The notes below the pieces were generated by a model. The model did not search any database and was not told where the DNA came from. It saw only the letters and a program-made list of their open reading frames with translations. A stretch of DNA of 64,000 bases from Lepidodermella squamata (lineage: Eukaryota; Animalia; Gastrotricha). A program made the translations under genes and the position numbers. Below, one piece after another: positions 23,107-35,953 of the stretch (position 1 is its first letter; the number at the start of each line of letters is the position of its first letter). The stretch lies in contig JBLDXI010000028.1 in assembly GCA_047495785.1 (NCBI GenBank), positions 248,001 through 312,000 on the forward strand, written 5' to 3'.

Positions 23107-26100
23107 TCACGCGAAGAAGACAATGTCCGGGATCTGGCCGTCCTCCACCGACGTGCCGTTGTTCGAACTGCACGCGTAAGAAAACGAGAAAGTGACCGAA
23201 GTCGATGCGCCGGAACTGGACGCATTTTCCGACGCCGCCGCAGCCGAGTCGCCGCCGTCGATGTTGGTCGGCGAGACAGGCCGCGTCAGTTCGACGGTGA
23301 GTTTCCGCTGCCCGCGCGTGCCGTAGTACGTGTCCGGGCCGCGAATCGTCGCGCAGCACAGGTAGGGCGTGTCCGCGTCCACTGGCACCGGCTCCGAGAA
23401 TCGAACGACCGAGATTTTCTTAGAGCCGTCCGTTTCGTAGTCGGCCTCGGCCTGGCCGCGGACTTCACGTGTCTCACAATGAATCAGCTGAATCATCGAC
23501 GAGTAAGAACCGGGTGACTAAGAAGAAAGAAAATTAAAAATAGAAATTAAAAATCTGATTTTTTTTGTACTCATCGATCAAAATTTATCGAATAAATTAT
23601 TTGAATAATTGTTATTAAAAAAATCTATATTATTTCAATTTTTTTTGCTTTTTTCAAATTCATTCAAATTTTCAATTTCTCGCAACTCCGCTTTAACCTT
23701 AATATGTTCGAATTGCCCAACTCAGTTATTTTTTACCTGAGCACTGCCGTATAAGCCCAGTCCAACGACGTAGATAGGCCGCGAGACGGTGAATTTGATT
23801 TTATCGGGGGTGCCCGAGTAGCCCCATCGCATTTCGACGTGCTGGAAGCGCGAAGCCGTCAACTCGCGGCCGGCGGTACAGCAGCGAGGTTGTATTGAAA
23901 ATACCGGAAGTTGCTGGCCGGACGGCTTTGGAGTCGCCAAATACCATAGAAATAACGACACCTGGATGAAGAAACAGAATAAAATAATTATTAAAAAGCT
24001 CAGGAAATAAATTAGAAAATTCAAAAATTTAATTTAAATTCAATTTTAAAATTTAAAATTGGATTCAGCGTTTCTCAAAAATTCGATTTGCTGATTGATT
24101 TTTAAACTGATGGGAATTTAATTCAAATACTGGAATGAATCTTTTTGAAAAACGCCAAAAATGCGATGAAAACTTCAAAAATAAAAATAAAAATTCCTGA
24201 AATGTACCAATTCGTGATTTTCGAGCAGTCCAGTTTGAGCGGCGTCGTTCGCAAATTCTTCCGGAGTCATCAACGGGAATCGAACCAGTGGCAAAGCCGG
24301 TCCTAAAACTCGCCGTTTATTGGCCGGAATCGGCTCAAGGCCCAGGCGATGGCACTCGTGTTCGGCCCAGCGAGTCACGTGGTTGAAAATGCGATTCTCG
24401 CGGATGCAGAGCGTGTCCCGCTGCAGAACGGCACACAGCGTGCTGATGTCGATGTCGAGGAACGACTCGGTCGCCATCGCCTCGTGCGTGTGCCGGTCGA
24501 TCACGTCGAGGCACAGGCTGGCAAGTTGCGGCTCGTCGAAGAGGCGCGCTTGGCTGAGCAGCAGAAATGCGTTGTCTTTCGACAGTTTCGAGCGTAGGAA
24601 ATCAACACAGCGTTCCTGCAGCGAGTCGACCGCGTATTTCTTCGACGCGTACAGCACGGCCATGACAGTTTCTGGGCTCAATTCGACCTGAAAATTTTAA
24701 AAATAATCAAATTTCAAACAAATTTGTTTACCATTGTTCGGAAAAATCATAACACAGTAAATACAGAACAATCATGTTTGAAAATTATTGCAGCTTACCG
24801 TAACGTGTGGTGATTGTGGACACGGTAACTTTGGACACTTTCGGCTTTGCAGGTGTTTAGCTTTTCAGGCTTGAACGTTTAAATCATGGGGGTTTTTGCA
24901 TAAAATTCTCCGTCTCCTCAGCTCTCGTTTGAAATAAAAATCAAGACGATTGGAGCTGAAATCGGATTTCAGAGAAAGTTGCAAGCAGTTAGACTTTGGG
25001 TGCCGTTTTGGGACCCCCCTTCTATCTTTCTAAAAATCGAACAGTTTTCAATAAAAATTGGCATGAGCATTCTCCTATATTTACTCTCCCTATAATCGAA
25101 GAAAAAATGACAATCCGTCGACGCGTTATAGCAGGACATTTACCTGAAAAACAGGGGAAAATTGGGGTAATTTTGGACACTTTTGGGCGGGTTAAGTATG
25201 CTGCTGCGCAGAAACGTATTTTTATTGAACTTCCGAGAAACAGATGATGCGCCATCTGTTCATAATTTTTTTCGAAATCTGACCCAAGGTTAAATGAAAA
25301 ACCATGAATAACAGATAATTCACAATGAAATTGCAATGAAATTGCATATGCAAATGAGTGTCCAAAATTACCCTCTAATTGTCCAAAGTTACCCGAACAC
25401 ATATTAATTTGCCAAAGGTCAGGTAAAATTCTAAAAATTTCTGGAATTTGCAGTAAATTCAAGAATGACCGTCCCCACCTTTGGTAAAAATTTCAGAAAT
25501 TTAGAAGCAAAGGCTGATTTTTAATGTTCGAAAAACACGTTTTGTCCAAAGTTACCACTCGTTACGGTATATCAGAAACACACGTAAATTTGCTGAGAAA
25601 TTTAGAGAAAAATAAAAATACTTGTGGTAAATTGTAAAATTAGGCCGCTCGACTAAAATCAAGCAATACCTAATGATTTGAAAAGCAGCGAAAATTCAGG
25701 CCATATTTGCCTTGGCAGCTATTTTTCGCACGCCTGGGATATCGGCATCTACTCCCAATCAGCAATCTCCCTTTCCGTCTATGTACTCGGTGGGCTTATA
25801 CCAAAACTTGCGCTGGCCGATTTTTCATTCGCAAGTCCCGAATTACCCGTTCTTAAACTCAGCAGTCTCGATCGCCAAGATTGCTACAGTCTCAATCTCA
25901 AGCCGATCGATGAAGATCGCCGCCACAAAGAAAAGCTTCAAATGTTTCGCGAACTTGGCGCCCAGTTCATTCCCAAAAAAGACTCAAGTCTGCTCCTTTC
26001 AGTCATCTTGATGAAATTCGCCTGACTGTTTTGCGAATTATCCTAAATCGGACGCTCTTTGTTGACCGTTTTCAAACTCGGCATTTAATAAACTTGAAAG

Positions 26101-29100
26101 GCTTTTTGCAATTTAAATAGTTCACTTTTCACTTTTTCATTTTGTTTTACACATCAACTTTCATCGTATTTGTACGAGTTCAATCGCGTGCCTAAAATGG
26201 TGCTCGAAAAAGACCTCAATGATATCAACAAAGCAGTGTTGAGGCTGCTATTGAAAAAGCGTTCGGCCCTATCATGGGCAGGCTTGATCAGTTACTTTCT
26301 CGTATCGACTTCCTTGCGTCGAAGATCTAAAAGCTTGTGAGTGAAGTTATTCGCTCACAAGAAAAACGTCTTCGCTGGCCCGATTCAACAAGTATTGGCG
26401 GGGGCAATGGACCGTGGCCATCAAATTGTGGTCGGAGTGAACGCTGTTGCTATTATCTCAGACAGCTGGCAGTAGCTTGTTCGGAGCGTGGGCCGGGCTA
26501 GTATTGCTGGAATAGCCGGTGTAACCGTGTACGCCGTGAATATTAAATAAAACAAGTGTTAAATTCACCACTGTTGTTAACTTCAATCCAATCTTAGCGC
26601 GTTGCTTCACGAAATGCTATTTTTAACGTTGTCATGTATAACGCGAAAGTCAACCGGCGCGCCAAGTTTTACCACATCAATGCATGGCGGCTGATTGAAT
26701 TGTTGCGCAAGGAGAAATCCGAGGCGGCTGCCAAGGTCACTATGGCCGCCGAGCCAAGTTCCAAATGCGTTCGAAGCGTTCGAAAAACACGTGAAAATAA
26801 ACAAAATTGTGTTTGTTGCCAATCCTAATAACAACTTGTTATTAAGGCTAACGGCCCCGGAGTTCATGCAGCACTGATCAGGTACCTGACGAAAGTCGAA
26901 GAGATTCCTCAAGATTGCCGTGTTGTATCCCTTGGTACCTATGATGCGAAGCCCAAACCAGGTCGTCCTCCTAAGAGCGGCCCAGCTCTAGAGATGGATC
27001 CTGAGACCAGCGACGACGAGTCAAGTCTGAACTTGGACGAAGTCGATCATTTTCCTTTGAATGTTCGAAACAAAGCGAGCGGCAGTCGGCGAGGAACAAC
27101 ACCTGGTCGCAAGACATCCGACTTTCATCAGACGAATTCCAATTTTTTTCCAAAATTCAAAAAGTTGCCCTTAACTTTCAAAATGCGCAGCTGAGACAAA
27201 TTGTAAGATTTTTTAATGGATTTTACAGTTACAAACTATATTCAATGCCCGATTTTTGCTCTATTTTGGCAGACATGCTATACTATCTCAGTTTTTATCA
27301 GTTCAGGTCGTACAATTGAACGTATCGAAATTTGATGTTGAAAAAGTGACCGCAGAGAAAGCGCTCAAAAACATGCTTTTTCTATAACTACCAAGCGTTA
27401 CGGTACTATTATTGTCAAAAAATTGTTCAATTTTTCCATTCAAAACCGAGTTCGGTAAAAAATTTAAATTGGGCCAAAAATTACCTGGTCAGTGTAGATG
27501 AATTTGAGTAGGGCCATGAACGCGCCGAGTTCAACGTCCGGAATGTGAATGTCCTGCTGCATGCCGTCGCCGTTCGGGTGGCAACTCAACGGCCCGTTGA
27601 ACATGGCGTCGAACACCGGCGACGCAACGGCCAACAACAGGCGGTGAGCCGGAACTCGGACAACCTGCGAATCAACGGCAATCGCCGACGACGCTTTATC
27701 GCTGCTCATCTCACCATCCATCGCATCCATCGAGTCGGCATTTTCGCCCGACAATTTCGAAGCATCCAGCTGCTGCGAGTCATTGTTCGACGAGCTGCTC
27801 GAGTTGTTCAGCTGAATCGGCGTCGAATTCAGGACGAAATGAACATCGGCCATGCGTTCGCTGTTGAACAGCCGGGCGAGGCGGTGGCGCAGGCAAACCG
27901 GAGCCCGGGTGACGAAATCGGGCGGCTGCTGCTGCGATTGCTGGTTGGGAGGCATCGAAACGCCGTTAGCCGCCGCCATTTCCAACATGGCCGCCGAGCA
28001 GCATACCTACGAAAAATGATAATTACAAATCGATCAATCACTCAATTATCGATTATCGATTTTTTTGTATCAAATTATTCAACTTAATTTGAGATTCAAA
28101 GAGCCCATTTTGCAATTTGCAATGGTTTTACGCAGGAATTTCTCCGTTTGAACATCCATGCAAAGGACGACATCGGCCACGGAGCCATATCGGGTTGGTA
28201 AAATAATTGTTGTGCTTTTCTAGTCGCGTTTTGAAGTTCAGCCTATTTTTAGAACCGTTTAGTTGTTGCTTTTTTGGTTGATTAATCAATTGCAAGTTTT
28301 CAGGTCAAGTTTTGTCATGAAGTTAGCGGATCACTTTTTGCACGTTCCGCCAGAAATCGCCGAAATCGAAAAAGTCTCGCCAGTGAAAACAAGCCTGAGC
28401 CCGGAGTGCATCCGGCGCTGAGCCGGTTGAAAATAACATTCTCTCTGCCGTTTTCGGAAAATGTTTTTACAAATTGGCTAGAAACTTCTCACTTTGTCAC
28501 TCGACGAGCGAATAATGGGATTCAAAAGCCAAGCTGGATTTCGCCAATTCATACAAAGAAGTAAGTTCAGTATGATTGCGTGATTTTCCAGACATTACAT
28601 ATTTTACATATTCGTGAATGACTCTGACCGCGCTTTTGCTATTCTACATCTCCTGATATGGCTGAGCACGCGGCTCTTGCCCTTGACAATTTCGCCATGG
28701 CTGAAGTTTCTAGTTACAAGATCACCGAACGGGAACGGGGACACGTGGTCGGAAATAGAAAGAGAAGGCGCCTTCCTGTCTAGTTTCGTTCCTGACCAGG
28801 TGCGCAACACCGAGAAAAAAGCTACGGTCCAACCTCACGCTGTGGTTCCAGTCGCAGGCGGGTGTCGTTAAATGGCAGCATACAATTATTAGCAATCATT
28901 ACGTTGTCTACTCTGCTTCAGTGCGCCATTTCGCAAAAGAAATTGGTCATTGTGTCGAGGCGGCTCATCCGCCCTTCTCCCCCGAGGTTATCGTCAAATT
29001 GGACGCCTACTTTCGAAACAAGACGCCCGACATTTGCCAGCAGTGCATCTTCTCCATTCTTGAATAATATTTTGGTCTTCGCGGCCGCGAGAATTTCAAG

Positions 29101-29728
29101 ACATCATTCGAAAATTCGCTGGTGTTTCAGGCCGAGCCCGATGGCCTTGAAGCGGTTACTTTAGACCGCGGTATTACGCATAGACAGTTAACCCCATTCA
29201 GAAGGGAGGCTTCTTAAACAATCGGACCATCTGAATGGGATCAACTCTCTGTGTTGGAACTGGAGCGAAGACGGATTATATTTCTGATATTTATTAAACA
29301 ATATCGGAGAAATCACTGATTGAAAATTATGCTTGGAATCGATTTCGGCTCAAGAACCTCGAGTATAAGTTGTATAAACTGGCGGCTCATAGCGCAACAT
29401 ACGATCATCTATCGATTGGGCAGGATTACATAAAATAGTGAAACGCCATATTTTGGGGAAATCTTTCGAAATTTTTTATGAAAAAAAATAACTTGAAACG
29501 GACCTCCATATTGCGTAGATTCCTCGCCACAGCCCCATCGTCACGGTTCGGTGAAGCGCCAACCGGCAAATTCGACAGCGAACTTCGATGCTGAGCATTG
29601 CCCAAATTGTGCAGCTGATTCATGCTGCTGTTGTTGTTGCTATCTCGCCTCACTGCAACAGGCGAGTTGTCATTGCTCACCGGAGGGCCGCCTTCGTCGT
29701 CGATTGGCCGAAATCGCACCGGCCTCAT
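23107..29728 (-). CDS. BTBD2: BTB-BACK-PHR protein BTBD1/2 (start codon uncertain; open frame extends to ~29875)
   Basis: Exons 29728-29504, 28006-27485, 24687-24208, 23961-23737, 23517-23107. Motifs [60 protein letters not shown]. Confidence 0.92.
24798..25567. mobile_element. Uninterrupted copy of MITE A (inverted relative to 15105-17581)
   Basis: TA-CCGTAACG...CGTTACGG-TA; sequence highly similar to the halves of the interrupted copy. Confidence 0.9.
26630..26730 (+). pseudogene. Possible Mutator-like (MULE) transposase relic
   Basis: [26 protein letters not shown] resembles the H(P)NIWxxIxxLKxE segment after the catalytic Glu of MULE transposases. Short fragment only. Confidence 0.35.
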
Positions 29729-30332
29729 TTGGTTATTCGCGAGTTGAGGCGGAAGGCCGTTGTTGTTGATGGAACCGCCGTCGGAGAACGACCGACTCGC
29801 GCCGCGGCCGACGACAAGGCCACGGCCGAACGGTCCCACCTGAGACACGTTTTGCGACGACAGGATTGACAATTCTATTCAGAACTAGCCGGTTAAAAAT
29901 TCTACAGAAAATTGAATAACAAATGAAAAAATTATTATAGAAAATTTAAGAACTTGAGAATTCTCGCGAAATTTTTTGAAAATTTTAGCAAATTCGATTC
30001 CATTTTTAATTTAATTTCGAATTAATAATTATACGAATTTTAAATCGTTAAGCTACGGCATATCATAAAAAATTGTATTGTTGGGCCGGTTAAAATGCAT
30101 CTTTACCGCAAAATTAGTATTCGATTTAGAATCAATACTGGAAAAGATAAAATTTGAAATATAAATGAATTGATTCAACATTTTGATTCAAACGCAGGTC
30201 TTCGTCCATCGATTTTTATTATAAAAAACAGAGCAATATTTTAGAGTAAAAAAAGCACGGGCAAGGCATTGAAAAACAAGAAGAAAGGTATCTGAATTGA
30301 CAAAATTATTCCGCTTTCACTCATGAATTATA

Positions 30333-31370
30333 CTAAGAACCGGAATCGGCGAGCAGAGGCCGTCTGACGGCTGAAGACAGTGGCAGCAGGCGTTCTTCCT
30401 GCTGCTGAGCCGGGTTCGTCGCCACGTGCTGGCTGCCGGCCGAACTGCCCGGCCCACCGCCCACGCCGCCGCCCACCACCGAACCCGACGCGGAGCCGCC
30501 GCCGCTGGGGCCACTCGTCGACGGGCGATGACCGACATTCAACCGGCCTGAAGTCGCTTGACCCGCACCAGCGGACTGAATACTAAAATCAAGAGAAAAA
30601 CACGTTTAAAATGATTGGTTTTCATTTGAAATTTAAAAAAATTGGGACACAAATTTTAAACACTTCTTAAAATGAGATGAGAATTATTGAATAATTGTAA
30701 AAATTTCCAACAGTCCGAATCGATGATCTCTTAAAATTAAACTAGAATCGCGCACTAGAAATTGTTCAGGGACACTAAGTAATTTTTTCTATCGATTTTA
30801 ACCAATAACTTACGAATAGAGCAGTTGTTTCAGCAGTTCGTTGTATTCGTCCAATTTTTCAGCTCCATAATAGCCTGGGTCGTACCTCGCATGCTCGTAG
30901 AGTGAGACAAAGTCATTGATGACGTCAAGACTCGCCAGTTTCAACGGGCCCCCAGTCACCCTAGGATCGCACAAGTGCCGCCTGACGTCCAAAAACGGCC
31001 GCCGTTTCAGTTGCGGCGCAACTTCGGCCAACGCCGCGTCTAACTGCTTCATCGCATCGATGGTTTTCATGCGATAAACGATATCACTCGAGTTCGACGA
31101 CGCGCTCGATTGATTTTGCGATCGATTCAGAAGCAACTGCGGCTCTTTTCGAATTGACGCGACGATAGCGAGACACTCTTCAATTTCGTCGACCATCGCC
31201 TTTTTCACGCCCTGGCCGTAAGGCAGCCCTGAGATTGTCGTGATTTGGAACCGCATCCGCTCGATATGCCGTTTGATGTACAAAATAAATATCGCAACGA
31301 CCAAAATCATGGCGGTTAGCACGAAAGTCACGTCACGAATCGACGCATTTCCAATGTCGATCCGACACAT
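30333..31370 (-). CDS. C1orf43: NICE-3 / C1orf43-family protein (~268 aa)
   Basis: Exons 31370-30814 and 30582-30333. N-terminal TM followed by KRHIERMRF, then YRMKTID and YEHARYDP motifs. Confidence 0.85.
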
Positions 31371-32163
31371 GATTAAAAAAAAACTAGAATGAAAAAATTG
31401 ACATTTTTACCGAAAATTCTTTTTTTTTATCATCGCTTGGATCGTTAACAACGCAATATTGTAACAATAGAATAATATTAATAAGTACGACAAAGCAATA
31501 AGTCTTTTTTACACATTTAATCGCGACACGTGCATAGTTCGTGCAACGAATTTCGAGAGAGAAAAAGAGCAGAAAAAGAAAGAGAAAAAAAATTGTAATT
31601 TTTCATCAAATTAGATTTTTTTATTGATTTTTCATCATCGGGTGAATTGAAATAATAACTAATTTAAGAGACGTAGATAGAGACGCAGAAAGAAGAAATA
31701 AGCCGGCTTTTGTCTAATCGCGAGAAAGAAACACACGCACGTAATATTTTTTTTCGATGAGGTGAAAAACTAAACGCTAATTATATGAACAAAATATTAG
31801 GCGGCAAACAATTTTTCACGCATCTTCCCAAAACTCAATGTTACACAAGTAAAGAGCTCCAATGTTTTCTTAAATTTTGTTCGAAAATCTACTTTAACTT
31901 TTTCTCAGGAATTTTGTTACGGGTCATCAGAGCTCTTTACGTCAAACAAATAACTCGCATACAAAATTTCACAAATTTTTATCGCTCCCACAATTATTTG
32001 AGCCATGAAAATGTTTTATCATCAGGAATCCAGTCGAATTTAATTTTTTTGAGTAATTTTTTCAACCTCGGTTTTTTTTATTAGTATTCCACTAGAAGAA
32101 GCAATCACATTATACTTTTGTGTTTCACGTCGTCGAAAAATTGTGCAATCGACTGAAAAAAAA

Positions 32164-35100
32164 TCAATCGACCTGGTCGAGATAGGACGAAGACGAGCCG
32201 GACGGCGGGTTTTGAGGCGGACGGCGATTGTTATTGTTAGCCGTCGAACCGGCAGCCGCGCCCGGACTGCTGTTGGCCGGGTTCGAACTGCTGCTCGAAC
32301 TGCGATTCGACGCCGCCGCGTTGCTGTTTGAGCCACCTTGTGGCCGGTTTCGCACGCCGCCGCCCGCGTTCGGGCCCATGTAGATGCCGGAGCGGAAGGG
32401 CGCGCGGAACGTCGCCGCCACGCCCAGCGGGTTCGACGAACGCTGCGAGCGCGACGGTTGCGAGGATCGACTGAAAAATTCATAAAAAAAAATAGAATTC
32501 AGTTAGGCGTTAGCTGTTAGCTTATTTTGAAAGATTTCAAAATAACGTATATCTACTAATTTTCGGTTTGATCTTTGAATTCGGTATTTTTCAAAATTCC
32601 GGCAAAATTCGCACTTAATTCCGGCGTCCTGGCTCAACAATTTTCCTGGCTCTCTGCGACATCAAATTTTTCGAGTTTCTATTGACAATGATGCCCTTCC
32701 TTTAAACCTGGGATTTTAGCTACAGGGCGCCCTAATATTTAGAAAATAATGGGTTTCAAACCGGCTAATATCCGAAAAATTCCTGATTTGTAAAATCAAT
32801 ACTTTGAATCGATATCGGCTCTGTAGGCGGAACTAAGCCTTAAAAATTAGCGTAATTGAAGACCTATTGCTTAGACAAGATAGAAAATTTAGATTCTCCA
32901 AAAACCATGAGTTGAGGAAATTTAGTGCTCCAGTCTCAAATTTGGTGCTAGAAGCTTAAATTTAGGGATCAATTAGAAGTTAGTCAAAACTGTATCCCGC
33001 GTCAACAGACCTTGTCTGCTGGGTGCCGGACGTGCCCGGGGCGTCGAAGCTGAAAGCGGTGGCGGCGCCGGGGGGCAGGTCGCCCATCGCGGCCGCGGTG
33101 GCGTCGTCCTTGGGCGTGGGCGACGCCGGCGCCTTGCCCTCGAGGTCGGAGCGGCACACAGGGCACGTGCCGTGCAGCTTCAGCCACGGCATGATGCAGT
33201 CCTCGTGGAATGCGTGTTTGCACGCCAGCCGCTTCACCTCGGCGCCGAGTTCGTACTCGTCGAAGCAGACCGGGCACTGCGCGTTGCCGGCCACCTCCTT
33301 CTCGCCGATCTTCTCCGTCACGATCAGCTTCGCCATGTCTTCTTCTTTCGCCGGCGGGGGGCCGCCGCCTTCGTACTGGTTCAACAACTGAGTGATGATG
33401 TCGTCGAGGCCGCGCGGCCCGAAAGCGTAGTCGCCAGGATTACCTGCAAAAAATTCAAATTATTCCATATTTTTCAATTTTTTCAAAAAATTTCAAAAAA
33501 TTCAAGTTTTCGCATTTCCTAAAAATTGAGACACATTTTGGTCAAACCATACCTGATATGAACATTGAGCCACCGCCCCCACCGAACGCGCCACCGCCTC
33601 CGCCGCCGAAAGACCCGGTGAACATCTGCTCGAGGATTTCTTCGAGCGGCATGAAGCCGTCGCGCCGGCGCCGGCGACGCTGGTTCGACCGGTTCGCGCC
33701 GCCGCGGTTGCCTCTTCGCTGCTGGTTCTGATTCTGGCCGGTAGGAGCTGAGGTTGATGTCGAGGAAGACGGCGCCGCTTCGCCGGCCGCTCCGCCCGAA
33801 GCTGCGGCTGCTGCTGCGGCGGCCTGAGCAGCGGCCGCCGCGTCGTTATCAGGCTGTTCAGTACCGGCTTGCTCTGAAAATGACACAAAATTACCATTTA
33901 ATTTAACAAAAATTGAGAAATGCAAAGTAGGCGGAAAAGAACTATTTTTGAATTAAAATCATTGAAGATGGACCCATTACTAAAAATCGGTCTAAAAATC
34001 GGTTCTATCCGAGAAAGCTTCGCCTTCTAGCCTTTTGTGCTAATATTTAGTCTTGCCGTTGTTCCCCGAACCAGGTCAAGGCTATCGACCGTTCATTGGC
34101 GCCGAGACCCGGGATCAAACCAGGAACCCTTAGATTTTGAACCTTTCGACATTCCGTAGACTCTCTCACATTCCTCACGACTGTTAGGTGTGACGCTGGC
34201 ATCTTCGTTAATATTACAGGGCGCTTGAACGCGACTACCATGACGTTGGGTCCTCGTTGTGGATCATACGGTCTCTCATACGCCCGGCTTATTCATCAAT
34301 CATTTCTTTACTTTTACTTCTTTCAAGTATCAATAATTTGCAATGTTCATGCGACACTATGCCCTTTTATTATGGCTCCATTGACTTCGTGAAGGAAAAT
34401 GATTTTGAAGAAAGCAGAGAGCTTGTCATTTCGGATACGGATAACTAAGCGGAAATTGTTCCGCTGGTGGGATCTGATGGAAAATGTTTGGAAGCCGGCT
34501 GCGAACACTGATTTTCCCCAACGTGGTAACAGGAGCTTTGTGTACGCATGGCTCGATAAATATCCGTTCCTGAGGTACAGCGCTCGTGAAAATGGCGGGT
34601 TTTGTTTGCCTTGTGTCCTGTTTGGCTTGGCTGGTGGTTGACTGACAGCAGACGAGGTGATCAACGAATTCGCTGCTGTCAGCTCGAGAAGGCTACATTT
34701 TCTGCTCTAAGTGTGCGCTTTGCTATTGAGGATTATATAGCGAAATAAATACGAGGAGAAATATTGTTAATCTGCAAAATGGCTAATAAATGATGACCAA
34801 AGTTTTTCAGCTTTTTTTGAATGCACCCCTCCCCCTCCCCAGTGATCGACGTCTGGCCACGCGCTTGTGCCTAACCCTCGTCATTCCTATTAGTTCAAGC
34901 TTCCATGTATGAAAAATCGACAATTTTACCTGTAGCGGGCGTCGACGCACTCGACTCGGAATTGCGAGCCGAATTCCGCTCGCCGCGATTGCCGCGATTG
35001 CGCGTCCGCATGCCGCCACCGAACGGCTGGTCGTCCGGGTCGTAGCCGAGCGGAACGCCGCGAATCAGCGTTCGCAGCAACCGGCTGAAGTCGGCGTACG

Positions 35101-35496
35101 CCGCCTGGGGATCGACCGGCTCGCCGTCGTCGTCCTCGTCTTCGTAGTCGTTATCGTCCTCGCCGAACGAATCGCCAAACGCGTCGTAGTCCATGAGACC
35201 GGCGCCGGACGACGAGCCGAAATCACGCGTCCCGGCTAACCGGCCCGTTCCGGTTCGATGGCTCTCCTGCACGGGCTCAACGAAACCGCCAGAACATGTC
35301 GGACAAGTGAAGTCCTTAAAATGAGAAAATGAAACAAGAATAAAATTAACAGATTTTAGATAAAATAAAATTAGGAGCATTTTTGGATAGCAAAATTTAC
35401 CGGTAGAGTAGGGTGAATTTCAGCTCGACATTGGTGGCACCAAAACAGGTCGTCGGAAAATTGCGGGGGCTGGACAGCTACTGCTCCATCGGCCAT
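32164..35496 (-). CDS. RNF126: RING-H2 E3 ubiquitin ligase RNF126/RNF115 family (~513 aa)
   Basis: Exons 35496-35401, 35314-34930, 33873-33553, 33443-33011, 32470-32164. N-terminal FWCHQC...CPTCSGGFVE zinc finger, NPGDYAFGPRGLDDIITQLLNQ, and RING-H2 CPVC..CKHAFHEDCIMPWL..TCPVCR. Confidence 0.93.
34097..34135 (-). pseudogene. tRNA-Phe-like 3' half fragment ending in CCA
   Basis: The reverse strand reads ATCTAAGGGTTCCTGGTTTGATCCCGGGTCTCGGCGCCA, similar to the 3' half of eukaryotic tRNA-Phe. The 5' half and anticodon are not recoverable. Confidence 0.5.
34480..34630 (+). pseudogene. hAT transposase relic (TTF-type zinc finger, PRKRIR/ZMYM1-like)
   Basis: FPQRGNRSFVYAWLDKYPFLRYSARENGGFCLPCVLFG matches the F..WL..Y.WL.YS...G.FC..C.LF pattern. 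It terminates immediately after. Confidence 0.7.
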
Positions 35497-35953
35497 TTTC
35501 GACAGAGATGGGCACAAATAAGCGGTAACAAAATAAAAACGTAACCACCTATACGCAAATTACAGAAAGGATGAAAATTCGCTTGAATTCTTTCATTTAA
35601 ATTCATTTTATTATCTATTTTTCTATAGCCAAGTCACCAGTTGCAATAAATAGAGATATCATCTTCGATTGCCACCGCAAAAAACGAGGGCAATGAAAGA
35701 ATATTTGTGTTGGCTTATTATGGCTGTGCTCTCGTGTAGTGCAACAATTCGGCCCCTTTTATATCGCTGATAAAAAGAAGGAAAAATCCAGAAAAATTAT
35801 TCATAATTCTTTAATAACAACCATCACCGTGGAGCTTGCATCTCGCATCATCATCACAGGCAGATATTTTTTGGAATAACCGACATAAACTTTTCAAAAA
35901 GACCCCATTATCGCTCAACGGAATAGCTTGAATAATATTATTTGATAGAATTT

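Noticed and set aside
24996-25462. ORFs of 83 and 146 aa (and the similar 17080-17289)
   Set aside because: They lie within MITE A, have no transposase motifs, and the frames are not conserved between copies.
30333-30542. Gly-rich ORF as a BTBD 5' exon
   Set aside because: It splices in frame as exon 2 of C1orf43 and ends in a stop codon.
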